Below, piece after piece: positions 18,560 through 27,017 of a DNA stretch of 64,000 nucleotides (position 1 is the first letter of the stretch; each line of letters begins with the position of its first letter). Origin of the DNA: Candidatus Omnitrophota bacterium (GTDB lineage: Bacteria; Omnitrophota; Gorgyraeia; Tantalellales; Tantalellaceae); NCBI GenBank assembly GCA_049642065.1, contig JBAROK010000099.1:6744-70743 (forward strand). The letters are read 5' to 3'. The translations under genes were made by a program, and so were the position numbers. Under the pieces are notes generated by a model. The model was given only the letters and a program-made list of their open reading frames with translations. It did no database searches and had not been told where the DNA came from.

Positions 18560-20161
18560 ATGAACTTTTTTGGGATAACACAATTAATAAGTGGAATTTT
18601 TAGCCTTTTAATAGGCGTATTTGTCCTTTGTCAGGATTTGAAAAACAAAGTTTATCGATCTTATGCTTTGTTCACTTTTTCTCTGTCTGGCTGGTGTACC
18701 TGTTATTTCATATGGCAATTTCAAACAGTAGAAGAATATGCAATTTTCTGGCTAAGAATACTCATGGCCTTTATGGCATATATCCATTCACTTTTTTTGC
18801 ATTTTGGATTATCAAACATCAATCTCGTTGAGTCTAGAAAAAAAATTCTTTGGTTTTCCTATTCTTGGAGCACAATCTTCGCCATACTCTTTTTAACAGG
18901 AGCAGGATTTGCTGATAATGCAAGACAAAAATTATTTGCAAAGTTCTGGCCAGATGCAAACTTTTTTACTTTATTGTTTCTTGTTGTTCAAATAGCGATA
19001 GTTTGCTACGGGCTTTATTGCCTATATTCTTCGATACATAGCGCCGAAAAAGAGAAAAAAAATCAGTTAAAATATATATTTATTATGAGTGCGCTCGCTT
19101 GGGCTGGCGGTCTTACAAATTGGCTTTTATGGTTTAATATTTACATACCACCTTTGGGAAATTTTCTTATTACAATATATCTTGCAGTAATTGCTTATGC
19201 TATTCTTAGACATCACCTGCTTGATATAAATGTTGTATTCAAAAAAAGTATCATATATTCTGTGTCAGCTACAATTTTAAGTGCAATGTACTTGCTAATA
19301 GTATTTTCTTCAGAACAAATATTCCGAGGTGTAACCGGGTATAATTCTACGCCCTTAACTATTTTTATACTTATATTTTTTGCGTTCATATTTCATCCGC
19401 TTAAGAACCAGATTCAACGCATAATTGATAAATATTTCTTCCGCGGTTCAATAGAGCAAATAGATGAGGAGAATGTACGACTTCGGGGGGAGCTTCAGAA
19501 AACCGAAAAGCTTAGAGCCATATCCACTCTTGCCGCCGGTATGGCTCATGAGATTAAAAATCCGCTAACCTCAATAAAAACATTCACCGAATATCTTCCT
19601 AGAAAACACAATGACCCCGATTTTATCAATAGATTCAATGATATCGTGGGCGCTGAGGTGGATAAAATAAATCATATAGTAAAACAGCTTCTTGAATTCT
19701 CGCGCCCAAGCGAACTTAAGCTTAAAGAAACAAATATAAACGATTTGCTTGATGAAACCCTGTCTCTCTTAAATAATGATCTTTTGAAATATAACATTAA
19801 AACACAAAAAAATTATTCTGACATCGCTACTATAGACACCGACCCATCCCAAATCAGACAGGTATTCCTTAATCTTTTTTTAAACGCCATGGACTCAATA
19901 AGAAACGATGGAACTATACATGTTGTTACCAATCAAGAAAATAATGGCAAGATCTCTATCACAATCTCTGACACGGGACAAGGCATCCCCAAGGAGGACA
20001 TTGGCCGTATCTTTGACCCATTTTTCACTCGGAAAGATGAAGGAACTGGCCTTGGCTTAAGCGTGGTACACGGAATTATCGAAAAGCATGGAGGAAAAAT
20101 AACCGTTAAAAGCGTTCCTGAAGAAGGAACTTCCTTCGTAATTACCCTACCCATCAAATAA
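18560..20161 (+). CDS. Membrane sensor histidine kinase with a 6-7 TM N-terminal domain
   Basis: Multiple TM helices are followed by the H box AGMAHEIKNPLTSIKTF and the HATPase_c motifs DTGQGIP and GTGLGLSVVHGIIEKHGG. Confidence 0.85.
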   Translation: MNFFGITQLISGIFSLLIGVFVLCQDLKNKVYRSYALFTFSLSGWCTCYFIWQFQTVEEYAIFWLRILMAFMAYIHSLFLHFGLSNINLVESRKKILWFSYSWSTIFAILFLTGAGFADNARQKLFAKFWPDANFFTLLFLVVQIAIVCYGLYCLYSSIHSAEKEKKNQLKYIFIMSALAWAGGLTNWLLWFNIYIPPLGNFLITIYLAVIAYAILRHHLLDINVVFKKSIIYSVSATILSAMYLLIVFSSEQIFRGVTGYNSTPLTIFILIFFAFIFHPLKNQIQRIIDKYFFRGSIEQIDEENVRLRGELQKTEKLRAISTLAAGMAHEIKNPLTSIKTFTEYLPRKHNDPDFINRFNDIVGAEVDKINHIVKQLLEFSRPSELKLKETNINDLLDETLSLLNNDLLKYNIKTQKNYSDIATIDTDPSQIRQVFLNLFLNAMDSIRNDGTIHVVTNQENNGKISITISDTGQGIPKEDIGRIFDPFFTRKDEGTGLGLSVVHGIIEKHGGKITVKSVPEEGTSFVITLPIK

Positions 20162-20168
20162 TATAGGA

Positions 20169-21521
20169 CTACACTGAATTAGATAGCTTGCCTTTTCTGT
20201 GTGCAAGTAAAAAACCGCTGACTACTATCGGATCGAACTGGGTGCCGGAATTGTCCTTGATTATCTGTATAGCCACTTCAGCCATCTTTTTCTGGCGATA
20301 AGGCCTGTCACTCGTTATTGCATCAAAAGTGTCCGCTACGGCGATTATACGCGCAATAAACGGTATCGTTTCGCCTTTCAACCCATCTGGATATCCATTA
20401 CCGTCAAATCTTTCATGATGTGCACGAACTTCTCTGGCAATATCACCCAATTCCCGTATAGGGTAAAGGATAGCAGCGCCTGTCACCGAATGTTCTTTTA
20501 CTTTTTCATATTCGTCACCTGTAAGCTGCCCTTTCTTGTTCAGGATACTGTCTGGGACGCCTATTTTACCAACATCGTGCAGCAATCCTGATATATGCAA
20601 TGTTTCCCTGAAGTTCTTATACATGTTCGCCTCGGGCAAATCCTCTAGCTCCTCAGCTATAGCCAAAGCATAACGGGTAACCCTCTCCGTATGACCATGT
20701 GTATACGGATCTCTTGCATCAATAGCCGCGGCGAGAGATATCGAAGTGTGAATAAATATCCGGTGCTCCCTTTCATAAAGGTTGTGTACCTCGAATATCT
20801 TCTCTTGCAAATCCTGGATAAGTTCTGCATTCGAAAGCGCCATCGCAACATCATTGGCAAGCGTTGTAAAAAACCCTATCTCTTGCCGCGAGAATTTCAC
20901 ATTCGATAGTTTTTTGCCCAGAACAAATACGCCCCTGAGTCCCTTCTTATAATATACAGGCACACAGATAGTAGCCTTTAAAAGCTCCATCTGCTTGATA
21001 CTTAGTTCCATTAATTCCACCAATTCCTCATCTTTTTTCACATCCTCATTCCTTTGTAGCAGGTCAAGAAGCTCTTTATATCCTATCGCTCCTGTCTCGG
21101 ATATTTTGAAATTGTGCTGTTCGTGAAAAAGACGAATAAGTGGATTATCAAAGGTCATTCGGATAAACCCTACGGGTATCTTTGTCCCTTCTGCTCCCTT
21201 GCTGTCTAAAAGTATGAAGGAATCCTTCTCCTTTTTATACATGAGCATTGCCGTGTGGGTAACCTTAACCTGCTCATCAAGAATCTTCACGATCATTCTT
21301 ATGAGGCGTTCCGGTCGTTTAAAACGTATCATCGTCCTTGAAGCACTCTCCAAGAAGAACTGGTAATCCAACTCTGGTTCCTGACGCTGCTTGATATTTT
21401 CAGAATCCATCGGAATGAGCGCTCCGTCACAGCTCTTCATCTTTTCAACGATCCAATCCTGTAATTTCAACCAGTTATCTTCATAGGACGTGCTTACTTT
21501 ATGTTTTTCTGCCACCTTCAC
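20169..21521 (-). CDS. HD-GYP domain protein (predicted c-di-GMP phosphodiesterase) with an N-terminal GAF-like domain
   Basis: HDVGKIGVPDSILNKKG...HHERFDGNGYPDGL is the HD-GYP signature. The gene is convergent with the plus-strand kinase gene with only a 7-nt gap. Confidence 0.85.
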   Translation of the reverse strand: MKVAEKHKVSTSYEDNWLKLQDWIVEKMKSCDGALIPMDSENIKQRQEPELDYQFFLESASRTMIRFKRPERLIRMIVKILDEQVKVTHTAMLMYKKEKDSFILLDSKGAEGTKIPVGFIRMTFDNPLIRLFHEQHNFKISETGAIGYKELLDLLQRNEDVKKDEELVELMELSIKQMELLKATICVPVYYKKGLRGVFVLGKKLSNVKFSRQEIGFFTTLANDVAMALSNAELIQDLQEKIFEVHNLYEREHRIFIHTSISLAAAIDARDPYTHGHTERVTRYALAIAEELEDLPEANMYKNFRETLHISGLLHDVGKIGVPDSILNKKGQLTGDEYEKVKEHSVTGAAILYPIRELGDIAREVRAHHERFDGNGYPDGLKGETIPFIARIIAVADTFDAITSDRPYRQKKMAEVAIQIIKDNSGTQFDPIVVSGFLLAHRKGKLSNSV

Positions 21522-21549
21522 CCTCCATTTGTTTATATAATTACAGCGT

Positions 21550-21930
21550 TCACCATTCTGCTGCCATTTTTATCTGCTCAGCTATTGTAAGAACAGTCCT
21601 TTCGAGCTGTTCAAGCAAAAGAGGTTTAGTTATATACTCCGCAGCTCCACGACTTTTCGTCTCCTCAGCTAGCTCAACATCTTCTACGGCCGTTACCATT
21701 ATGACCCTTATGTTATTATCTATACGTTGTATTGCCTTAAGCGTTTCAAACCCGTCCATTACCGGCATCCTTATATCTAAGAGAACTATATGTGGTTTTC
21801 TAGCCTCTATACGGCTGACTGCCTCTTTCCCGTCATAGGCTATTTCTACCTCGAAATCTCGTTCTTTAAAAAACTTTTTCACAAAATCGCATATATCTGC
21901 TTCGTCGTCGACAACCAGTAGTCTCATCAT
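21550..21930 (-). CDS. Single-domain response regulator (receiver)
   Basis: LLVVDDEADICDFV...IVLLDIRMPVMDGFETLKAI...YITKPL is a receiver domain. Confidence 0.8.
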   Translation of the reverse strand: MMRLLVVDDEADICDFVKKFFKERDFEVEIAYDGKEAVSRIEARKPHIVLLDIRMPVMDGFETLKAIQRIDNNIRVIMVTAVEDVELAEETKSRGAAEYITKPLLLEQLERTVLTIAEQIKMAAEW

Positions 21931-21941
21931 CTTAGCTCCTC

Positions 21942-22319
21942 CTATTTATCTGTTTTCACAGCGCGATTTATAAGATCTTCTAGGTCCTTAAGACTCTTAA
22001 TAGGCTTCTCCATAAATGCATATGCCCCTTCATTTATCAGCCTTTCCTTAGTCTTCCCTGAATCACTAAAAGCCGTTATGAAGATTATCTTTATCTCGTT
22101 CCCCTCGTCCTTTGTCTGCCTCATTATTTCATCGCCACCGAGTCCGGACATCTTAAAATCCAGAAGTGCAACGTCGTATTTATTCGTCTTCAGAAATTCC
22201 AAACCCTTCTCACTTTTACTAGTCACGTCTATTTGATAGCCACGTGGCTCAAAATACTGTTTGAGCATATCCGTAAAATTCGGTTCGTCGTCTACGGATA
22301 GTATTCTGGGTTTATTCAT
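21942..22319 (-). CDS. Single-domain response regulator (receiver)
   Basis: KPRILSVDDEPNFTDML...VALLDFKMSGLGGDEIM...FMEKPI is a receiver domain. The start is taken at MNKPRIL. Confidence 0.8.
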   Translation of the reverse strand: MNKPRILSVDDEPNFTDMLKQYFEPRGYQIDVTSKSEKGLEFLKTNKYDVALLDFKMSGLGGDEIMRQTKDEGNEIKIIFITAFSDSGKTKERLINEGAYAFMEKPIKSLKDLEDLINRAVKTDK

Positions 22320-22370
22320 GCTCTCCCCTCTTTTGCCCCACATAGAGACATATCCATGCGTTCTTTTCTT

Positions 22371-23186
22371 TTAAAACGTAACGGTGTTGAATCTTAGGTG
22401 AAAAGTGGTTCCCACTCCTAGCTCACTTTTAACGGCTATTCTGCCTTCATTCTTTTCAACGATCTGTTTCACTATAAATAACCCAAGACCGGTTCCCTCC
22501 CCTGGTTCCTTCGTCGTAAAAAATGAGTCAAATATCTGTGCAAGGTGGTTCTTATCCATGCCAATGCCTGTGTCTTTAATTTCTATATTCACCTTATTAT
22601 TAATGTTAGTGGCACGAATCAATATCTCCCCTTTGTTCTCTATCGACTGTGCTGCGTTCCTTATTAGATTAAAGAATATCTCTTGTATCTGTTTTCTGTC
22701 AGCTGCAATATGCGGTAATCCTTCTTCAATATCCGTTTTTATTGAGATGTTATCCAATTTCAAATCGTGCTCCACAAACGATATTACTTCCTTAAGCTCA
22801 TTCCTCACATTCACGTCATTAGTAATCGTTCCATTAGATGGTTTTGCAAACAAAGAAAGTTTTTTGGTAATAACAGTCGCCCTATCCATCTCGTTTATGA
22901 CTTTCTCCATTATCTCCCGCGCCTTCTCAATCAATTCCTCCGGAGGCCTGTCATCATAAATCCCTTCCTTCAAGTTCAACAGGAACATCTCACATTGTCC
23001 GCGCGCTATTCCCAGCGGATTACATATCTCATGATTTATACCCGCTGAGAGGGTACCGATAACTGCCATTTTTTCTCTTTGAGCCGCCTGCGCCTGGGCT
23101 TCTGAGAGCTTTTCTGAAAATAGAAAATGTTTGTAAATCTCGGTATCATGCTCTTTCCCATCAATCGATAAACTAAACTTTTGCAT
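22371..23186 (-). CDS. Cytoplasmic histidine kinase (HisKA + HATPase_c)
   Basis: The H box is AVIGTLSAGINHEICNPLG and the ATP lid is DTGIGMD...GTGLGLFIVKQIVEKNEG. No TM segments are present. Confidence 0.8.
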   Translation of the reverse strand: MQKFSLSIDGKEHDTEIYKHFLFSEKLSEAQAQAAQREKMAVIGTLSAGINHEICNPLGIARGQCEMFLLNLKEGIYDDRPPEELIEKAREIMEKVINEMDRATVITKKLSLFAKPSNGTITNDVNVRNELKEVISFVEHDLKLDNISIKTDIEEGLPHIAADRKQIQEIFFNLIRNAAQSIENKGEILIRATNINNKVNIEIKDTGIGMDKNHLAQIFDSFFTTKEPGEGTGLGLFIVKQIVEKNEGRIAVKSELGVGTTFHLRFNTVTF

Positions 23187-23219
23187 TCGCTCTCCCTACT
23201 TAATAATTTTATAAAAAAA

Positions 23220-23432
23220 TTATCTGTGTCCACCTTCTTCTTGGCTCTTAATCCACTCATCAATCGTATCTTTCTTAAACCGCCATTTTGAGCCGACCTT
23301 GAATCCCGGAAGTTTTCCCTCCTGGGCGTGTTTGTAGATCGTTACGACCTTCATCTTCAAATAATCGGCTAACTCCTCTACTGTCATTACTGGGCTAACC
23401 ATAGAAACCACTCCCTTAATGTTTATTGACAT
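23220..23432 (-). CDS. Excisionase-family (MerR-like) HTH DNA-binding protein
   Basis: MTVEELADYLKMKVVTIYKHAQEGKLPGFKVGSKWRFKKDTIDEWI matches the excisionase/Xis-type HTH (TIGR01764-like). The start may be MVSPVMT at 23402. It is the first gene of the minus-strand signalling operon. Confidence 0.6.
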   Translation of the reverse strand: MSINIKGVVSMVSPVMTVEELADYLKMKVVTIYKHAQEGKLPGFKVGSKWRFKKDTIDEWIKSQEEGGHR

Positions 23433-23519
23433 ATATTAATCTGTTCCACTTTCTCTTACGATATATTGATATAAATTATTATGCTTTAATACAAATTGCA
23501 GCATATCTATAAAGTAAAT

Positions 23520-23683
23520 GAGCATATATAAATACCTCCGTTACAGCCTGTTATGGTTTTCTATCTCTTCTGACCGTTTATTGTTAATTGGTATCCTTTG
23601 ATGCGAATTGGTCAGCGTTGATAAGTATAATGAGTATATGCTCAAAGTCAAGAACATGGCTAAAATTTTTTGAGTATATACTC
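23520..23683. promoter_or_regulatory. Three related palindromic boxes, GAG(C/T)ATAT(A/G)(C/T)TC, in the upstream region of the signalling operon
   Basis: GAGCATATATAA lies at 23520-23531. GAGTATATGCTC at 23632-23643 is a near-perfect palindrome. GAGTATATACTC at 23672-23683 is a perfect 12-bp palindrome. The last two are 40 bp apart, centre to centre. Confidence 0.4.
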
Positions 23684-23765
23684 GTAGCTATTGGATAAAA
23701 TTGTGCTGGTTTTGGCAGTTTTCAAGGGTTTTAGGCTATTGGTGAAATGCTAAACCCCTATGTCG

Positions 23766-24236
23766 TTAACCCAAGAACCGAGTCTGGGCAAAGACAATGA
23801 TATGTAGGATGATATTGGTGTAGATGGCGGCCATAAGGTCATCAAGCATTATACCCCAGCCACCTTTAAGCTTTTCAAGAAAGCCCATAGGAGGTATTTT
23901 TGCTATATCCATTACCCTGTAAAGGGCAAACCCTGCCGCTACCATCGGAAAACTGAGCGGAATAAAGAGAAACGCTACAAAGATACAGGCAAATTCATCA
24001 ATAATAACATAAGAAGGATCCTGTATCCCGTTTTCGGATTCTAGTTTCTCCGAGGTTATTACTCCCGCAGCAAACAGGATTATAAAGGTTAATATATATA
24101 TAACTGGATTGTTGTGAAGCAATAAGCAGAGAATAAGTCCTGCAGCGCTACCAATTGTGCCAGGCGCAACCGGAAAATATCCTAACCCGAAAACTGTAGC
24201 TATTCTTTCATAAATGTTTTTCATGCTACTCGCCAT
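23766..24236 (-). CDS. pgpA: Phosphatidylglycerophosphatase A
   Basis: GLGYFPVAPGTIGSAAG...IIDEFACIF...YRVMDIAKIPPMGFLEKLKGGWGIMLDDLMAAIY is the PgpA signature. The start is taken at MASSMK. Confidence 0.75.
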   Translation of the reverse strand: MASSMKNIYERIATVFGLGYFPVAPGTIGSAAGLILCLLLHNNPVIYILTFIILFAAGVITSEKLESENGIQDPSYVIIDEFACIFVAFLFIPLSFPMVAAGFALYRVMDIAKIPPMGFLEKLKGGWGIMLDDLMAAIYTNIILHIIVFAQTRFLG

Positions 24237-24813
24237 TATTAAAAAGATACTTCTTATTCCCAATGAGATAAGAAACGCCGCTAATAATCGTAAGCGCAAC
24301 CGTTATAAGCATCAGGATAAATATAAGCTGTTTATACCAGTATTCAAACGAATTGTTCCAAAACCCAAAAGTGCTTACCCCCGCTTCTTTTATCACAATA
24401 AATATCAAAATAACGAATATAGACAACATCTGGGACGCAGTCTTGTGTTTGCCACCCATCCCCGCGGCAAGAACCTCTTTTTTCATGAGAGCGCGGAGCC
24501 TGATACTGGTTATAAGCAGCTCCCTCATTATTATTACTACTACCATCCATGCCGGGACAAGCTTCATTTCTACAAACGCCAGAAAAGCCGCAAGAGTCAG
24601 TATCTTGTCAGCTACCGGATCCATTATTTTCCCAAAATCGGAAAAAGAATTATATTTCTTAGCGAAATATCCGTCCAGGTAGTCAGTAGCAGCTGCGACC
24701 AAAAATATCACAAGTGCCAGGATCTTACTGGTAAGTCCGCCGCAAAACAGCGCTATCATGAAAATGAAAGCCAACACGATCCTGCCTATGGTGATCTTGT
24801 TTGGCAGGTTCAT
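24226..24813 (-). CDS. pgsA: CDP-diacylglycerol--glycerol-3-phosphate 3-phosphatidyltransferase
   Basis: NKITIGRIVLAFIF...DYLDGYFAKKYN...GKIMDPVADKIL is the CDP-alcohol phosphatidyltransferase motif. Confidence 0.8.
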   Translation of the reverse strand: MNLPNKITIGRIVLAFIFMIALFCGGLTSKILALVIFLVAAATDYLDGYFAKKYNSFSDFGKIMDPVADKILTLAAFLAFVEMKLVPAWMVVVIIMRELLITSIRLRALMKKEVLAAGMGGKHKTASQMLSIFVILIFIVIKEAGVSTFGFWNNSFEYWYKQLIFILMLITVALTIISGVSYLIGNKKYLFNNGE

Positions 24814-26141
24814 GCAGCTTCTCCTATCAGGTCATATTCCATTGTACCGGTAATGCGCACATCTACAAAATCCCCGATCCTTAGGTCTTTCCCTTTGACG
24901 TAGACAATACCATCCACCTCGGGCGCGTCCATATAGGACCTGCCTAGGTACTGCGACCCATCAGAGGGATCTTTTTCATCTATCAGAACTTTTAATGTTT
25001 TATCGAAAAGCTTCATGTTGTTCTCTGTCGATATGCTTTGCTGAAGAACCATGACCTTATCGAACCTTTCCTCTTTTATCTGTTCCGGTACCTGATTATC
25101 AAAATCAGCAGCCGGAGTGCCTTCTTCTCTGGAATAAATGAACGTGCCTAGTCGATCAAACCTTGTCTCCATAAGAAACTCCAAAAGTTCACCGAATTCT
25201 TTCTCGGTCTCTCCCGGGAACCCCACTATAACTGAAGTCCTGATAACAACATCGTTTATCTCGCCCCTGATCCGGCTCAAAAGGTCCATTATCTTTTCTT
25301 TTCCCGCACGACGGTTCATTTTTTGCAGCACCCCATCATTTATGTGCTGTATCGGCATGTCCACGTAATTGCATACATTATCCGTCTCCCTGATCACGTC
25401 TATGAGCTCGTTAGTGAACTGTGCAGGATGCGTATATAAAAGTCTTATCCACCCGTCCTCCATAAGCGGGCTTGCCCTTCTTACTAGCTCTGCAAGCTCA
25501 CTCTTACCGCTTCTATCGATCCCGAAAGAGGTAATATCCTGACCGATTACAACCAACTCTTTAACCCCGTATTCACCTCTAAGCTCTTTTATCTCTTCTA
25601 GTATAGAAGAAGTCTCCCGGCTGCGTCTCGGACCCTTAAGATCCGGTATTACGCAATAAGAACACCTGTTAGAACATCCTTCCTGAATCTTTAGGTATGC
25701 AAAATGCGGTGATGTAAGCATTTTCCTCTTGTCATTATGGTCATATATCAGATCCGGAATAGTTTTAACGTTCTTGACCTTTTCTCCAGAAAAAAGCATC
25801 CCGATCTTATCGGGAATATCCTTGAAATCAGCGGATCCAAAAATACCGTCTATCTCGCCTATTTCATCCATCAGCTCGTCCGGATATCTCTGTGAAAGAC
25901 AACCGGTAACGACAAGTTTCTTTATCTTTGAGTTTTTTTTGAGAGTGGCTAACTGTAGGATGGTATTAATAGATTCTTGTTTCGCGTCCTGGATGAACCC
26001 GCAGGTATTAACGATCGCTACGTCCGCGCCTTCCGCTTCTTCTGTGATCGTGAACCCTTTTTTCTCAAGAAGCCCCAAAAGGACTTCGCTGTCTACAAGA
26101 TTCCGCGGACAACCGAGACTGAGAAGATAGACCTTTTTCAT
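24810..26141 (-). CDS. rimO: Ribosomal protein S12 methylthiotransferase RimO
   Basis: KVYLLSLGCPRNLVDSE is the RimO N-terminus. The radical-SAM motif CSNRCSYC and a C-terminal TRAM domain are present. Confidence 0.8.
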   Translation of the reverse strand: MKKVYLLSLGCPRNLVDSEVLLGLLEKKGFTITEEAEGADVAIVNTCGFIQDAKQESINTILQLATLKKNSKIKKLVVTGCLSQRYPDELMDEIGEIDGIFGSADFKDIPDKIGMLFSGEKVKNVKTIPDLIYDHNDKRKMLTSPHFAYLKIQEGCSNRCSYCVIPDLKGPRRSRETSSILEEIKELRGEYGVKELVVIGQDITSFGIDRSGKSELAELVRRASPLMEDGWIRLLYTHPAQFTNELIDVIRETDNVCNYVDMPIQHINDGVLQKMNRRAGKEKIMDLLSRIRGEINDVVIRTSVIVGFPGETEKEFGELLEFLMETRFDRLGTFIYSREEGTPAADFDNQVPEQIKEERFDKVMVLQQSISTENNMKLFDKTLKVLIDEKDPSDGSQYLGRSYMDAPEVDGIVYVKGKDLRIGDFVDVRITGTMEYDLIGEAA

Positions 26142-26153
26142 ATAAAGACCCTT

Positions 26154-27017
26154 TTAAAAACGAGCTGCCCAGTCGTCCCCGATCTTTACTCCGTCGGACG
26201 ATACTTTGATGTCCTTTACGACACCTATTGCGACTTTGCTTACCTTATGATCGTTGACGATAAAATCCAACCGCTCGGCTTTTCCCGTCCATACCCTGAT
26301 TGTTCCTTCAGCCTTCCAGGTCTTTGAATCACCGTCATGAAGCGTACCATCATAAAGCACATCGCCATCATGTGAAACCCGCACCCAGGCGTCTCCGCGG
26401 GACCTTAACGTAAAAGTTATCGCGCCTTCTTTTGCTGGAGCTTTCATTCCGCCCGCAAAATTGCTCGCAGGCTTTTCCTGTAATGCGGACGTTTTCTTGG
26501 CTTCTTCTATCTTTGGAGCTGGTGCTACTTCTTTGCGGGGCTTCGGTTGTACCGCTACTTTTTTAGGGAGAGTTTCGGCTCTCCTCTGGCGGGCAAGCGA
26601 TATCTTTGACTTCATCGTCCCGATAAGAACAAACATAAGTATAACTAAAACCACGGACGAAGCTGCTATCAGGATCTTTTGCAACTGTTCCTTAGAGATA
26701 GGCGGCAGCGTCGGAAGAGTAACAGGCGTCTTTTTCTCTTCTTTTTCGATAACAAACGTGAACTCCTTTTCAGGAAGAGCGCAAGAGATCTTATCGTACT
26801 GTTCTATCACACTTTTTTCGTCAATACCTAAGAATGCCGCGTATTTTTTCAGAAAACTTTTGATATATAATTTATCAAGCCTGTCAAATACCCCGTTCTC
26901 TATGTCGGCTATAACATTCGAATGGATGCGGCTTTGCGTACTAGCATCTTCGACGCTTACACCAAGAGCTTTCCTTTTTTCCTTGAATTTATTCCCTATT
27001 TCTTTAGACGTCACCAT
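26154..27017 (-). CDS. rodZ: RodZ-like cytoskeleton protein (HTH, TM helix, DUF4115)
   Basis: The N-terminal XRE-type HTH is IGNKFKEKRKALGVSVEDASTQSRIHSNVIADIENG. One TM helix, a K/P-rich linker and a C-terminal DUF4115-like beta domain (ITFTLRSRGDAWVRVSHDGDVLYDG) follow. Confidence 0.65.
   Translation of the reverse strand: MVTSKEIGNKFKEKRKALGVSVEDASTQSRIHSNVIADIENGVFDRLDKLYIKSFLKKYAAFLGIDEKSVIEQYDKISCALPEKEFTFVIEKEEKKTPVTLPTLPPISKEQLQKILIAASSVVLVILMFVLIGTMKSKISLARQRRAETLPKKVAVQPKPRKEVAPAPKIEEAKKTSALQEKPASNFAGGMKAPAKEGAITFTLRSRGDAWVRVSHDGDVLYDGTLHDGDSKTWKAEGTIRVWTGKAERLDFIVNDHKVSKVAIGVVKDIKVSSDGVKIGDDWAARF

Noticed and set aside
23036-23263. 75-aa minus-strand ORF overlapping the kinase / HTH junction.
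   Set aside because: It overlaps the 5' end of the histidine-kinase gene and the 3' end of the HTH gene in another frame. Its basic, low-complexity product (KKKVDTDNFF...RRRRLKEKK) is likely spurious.
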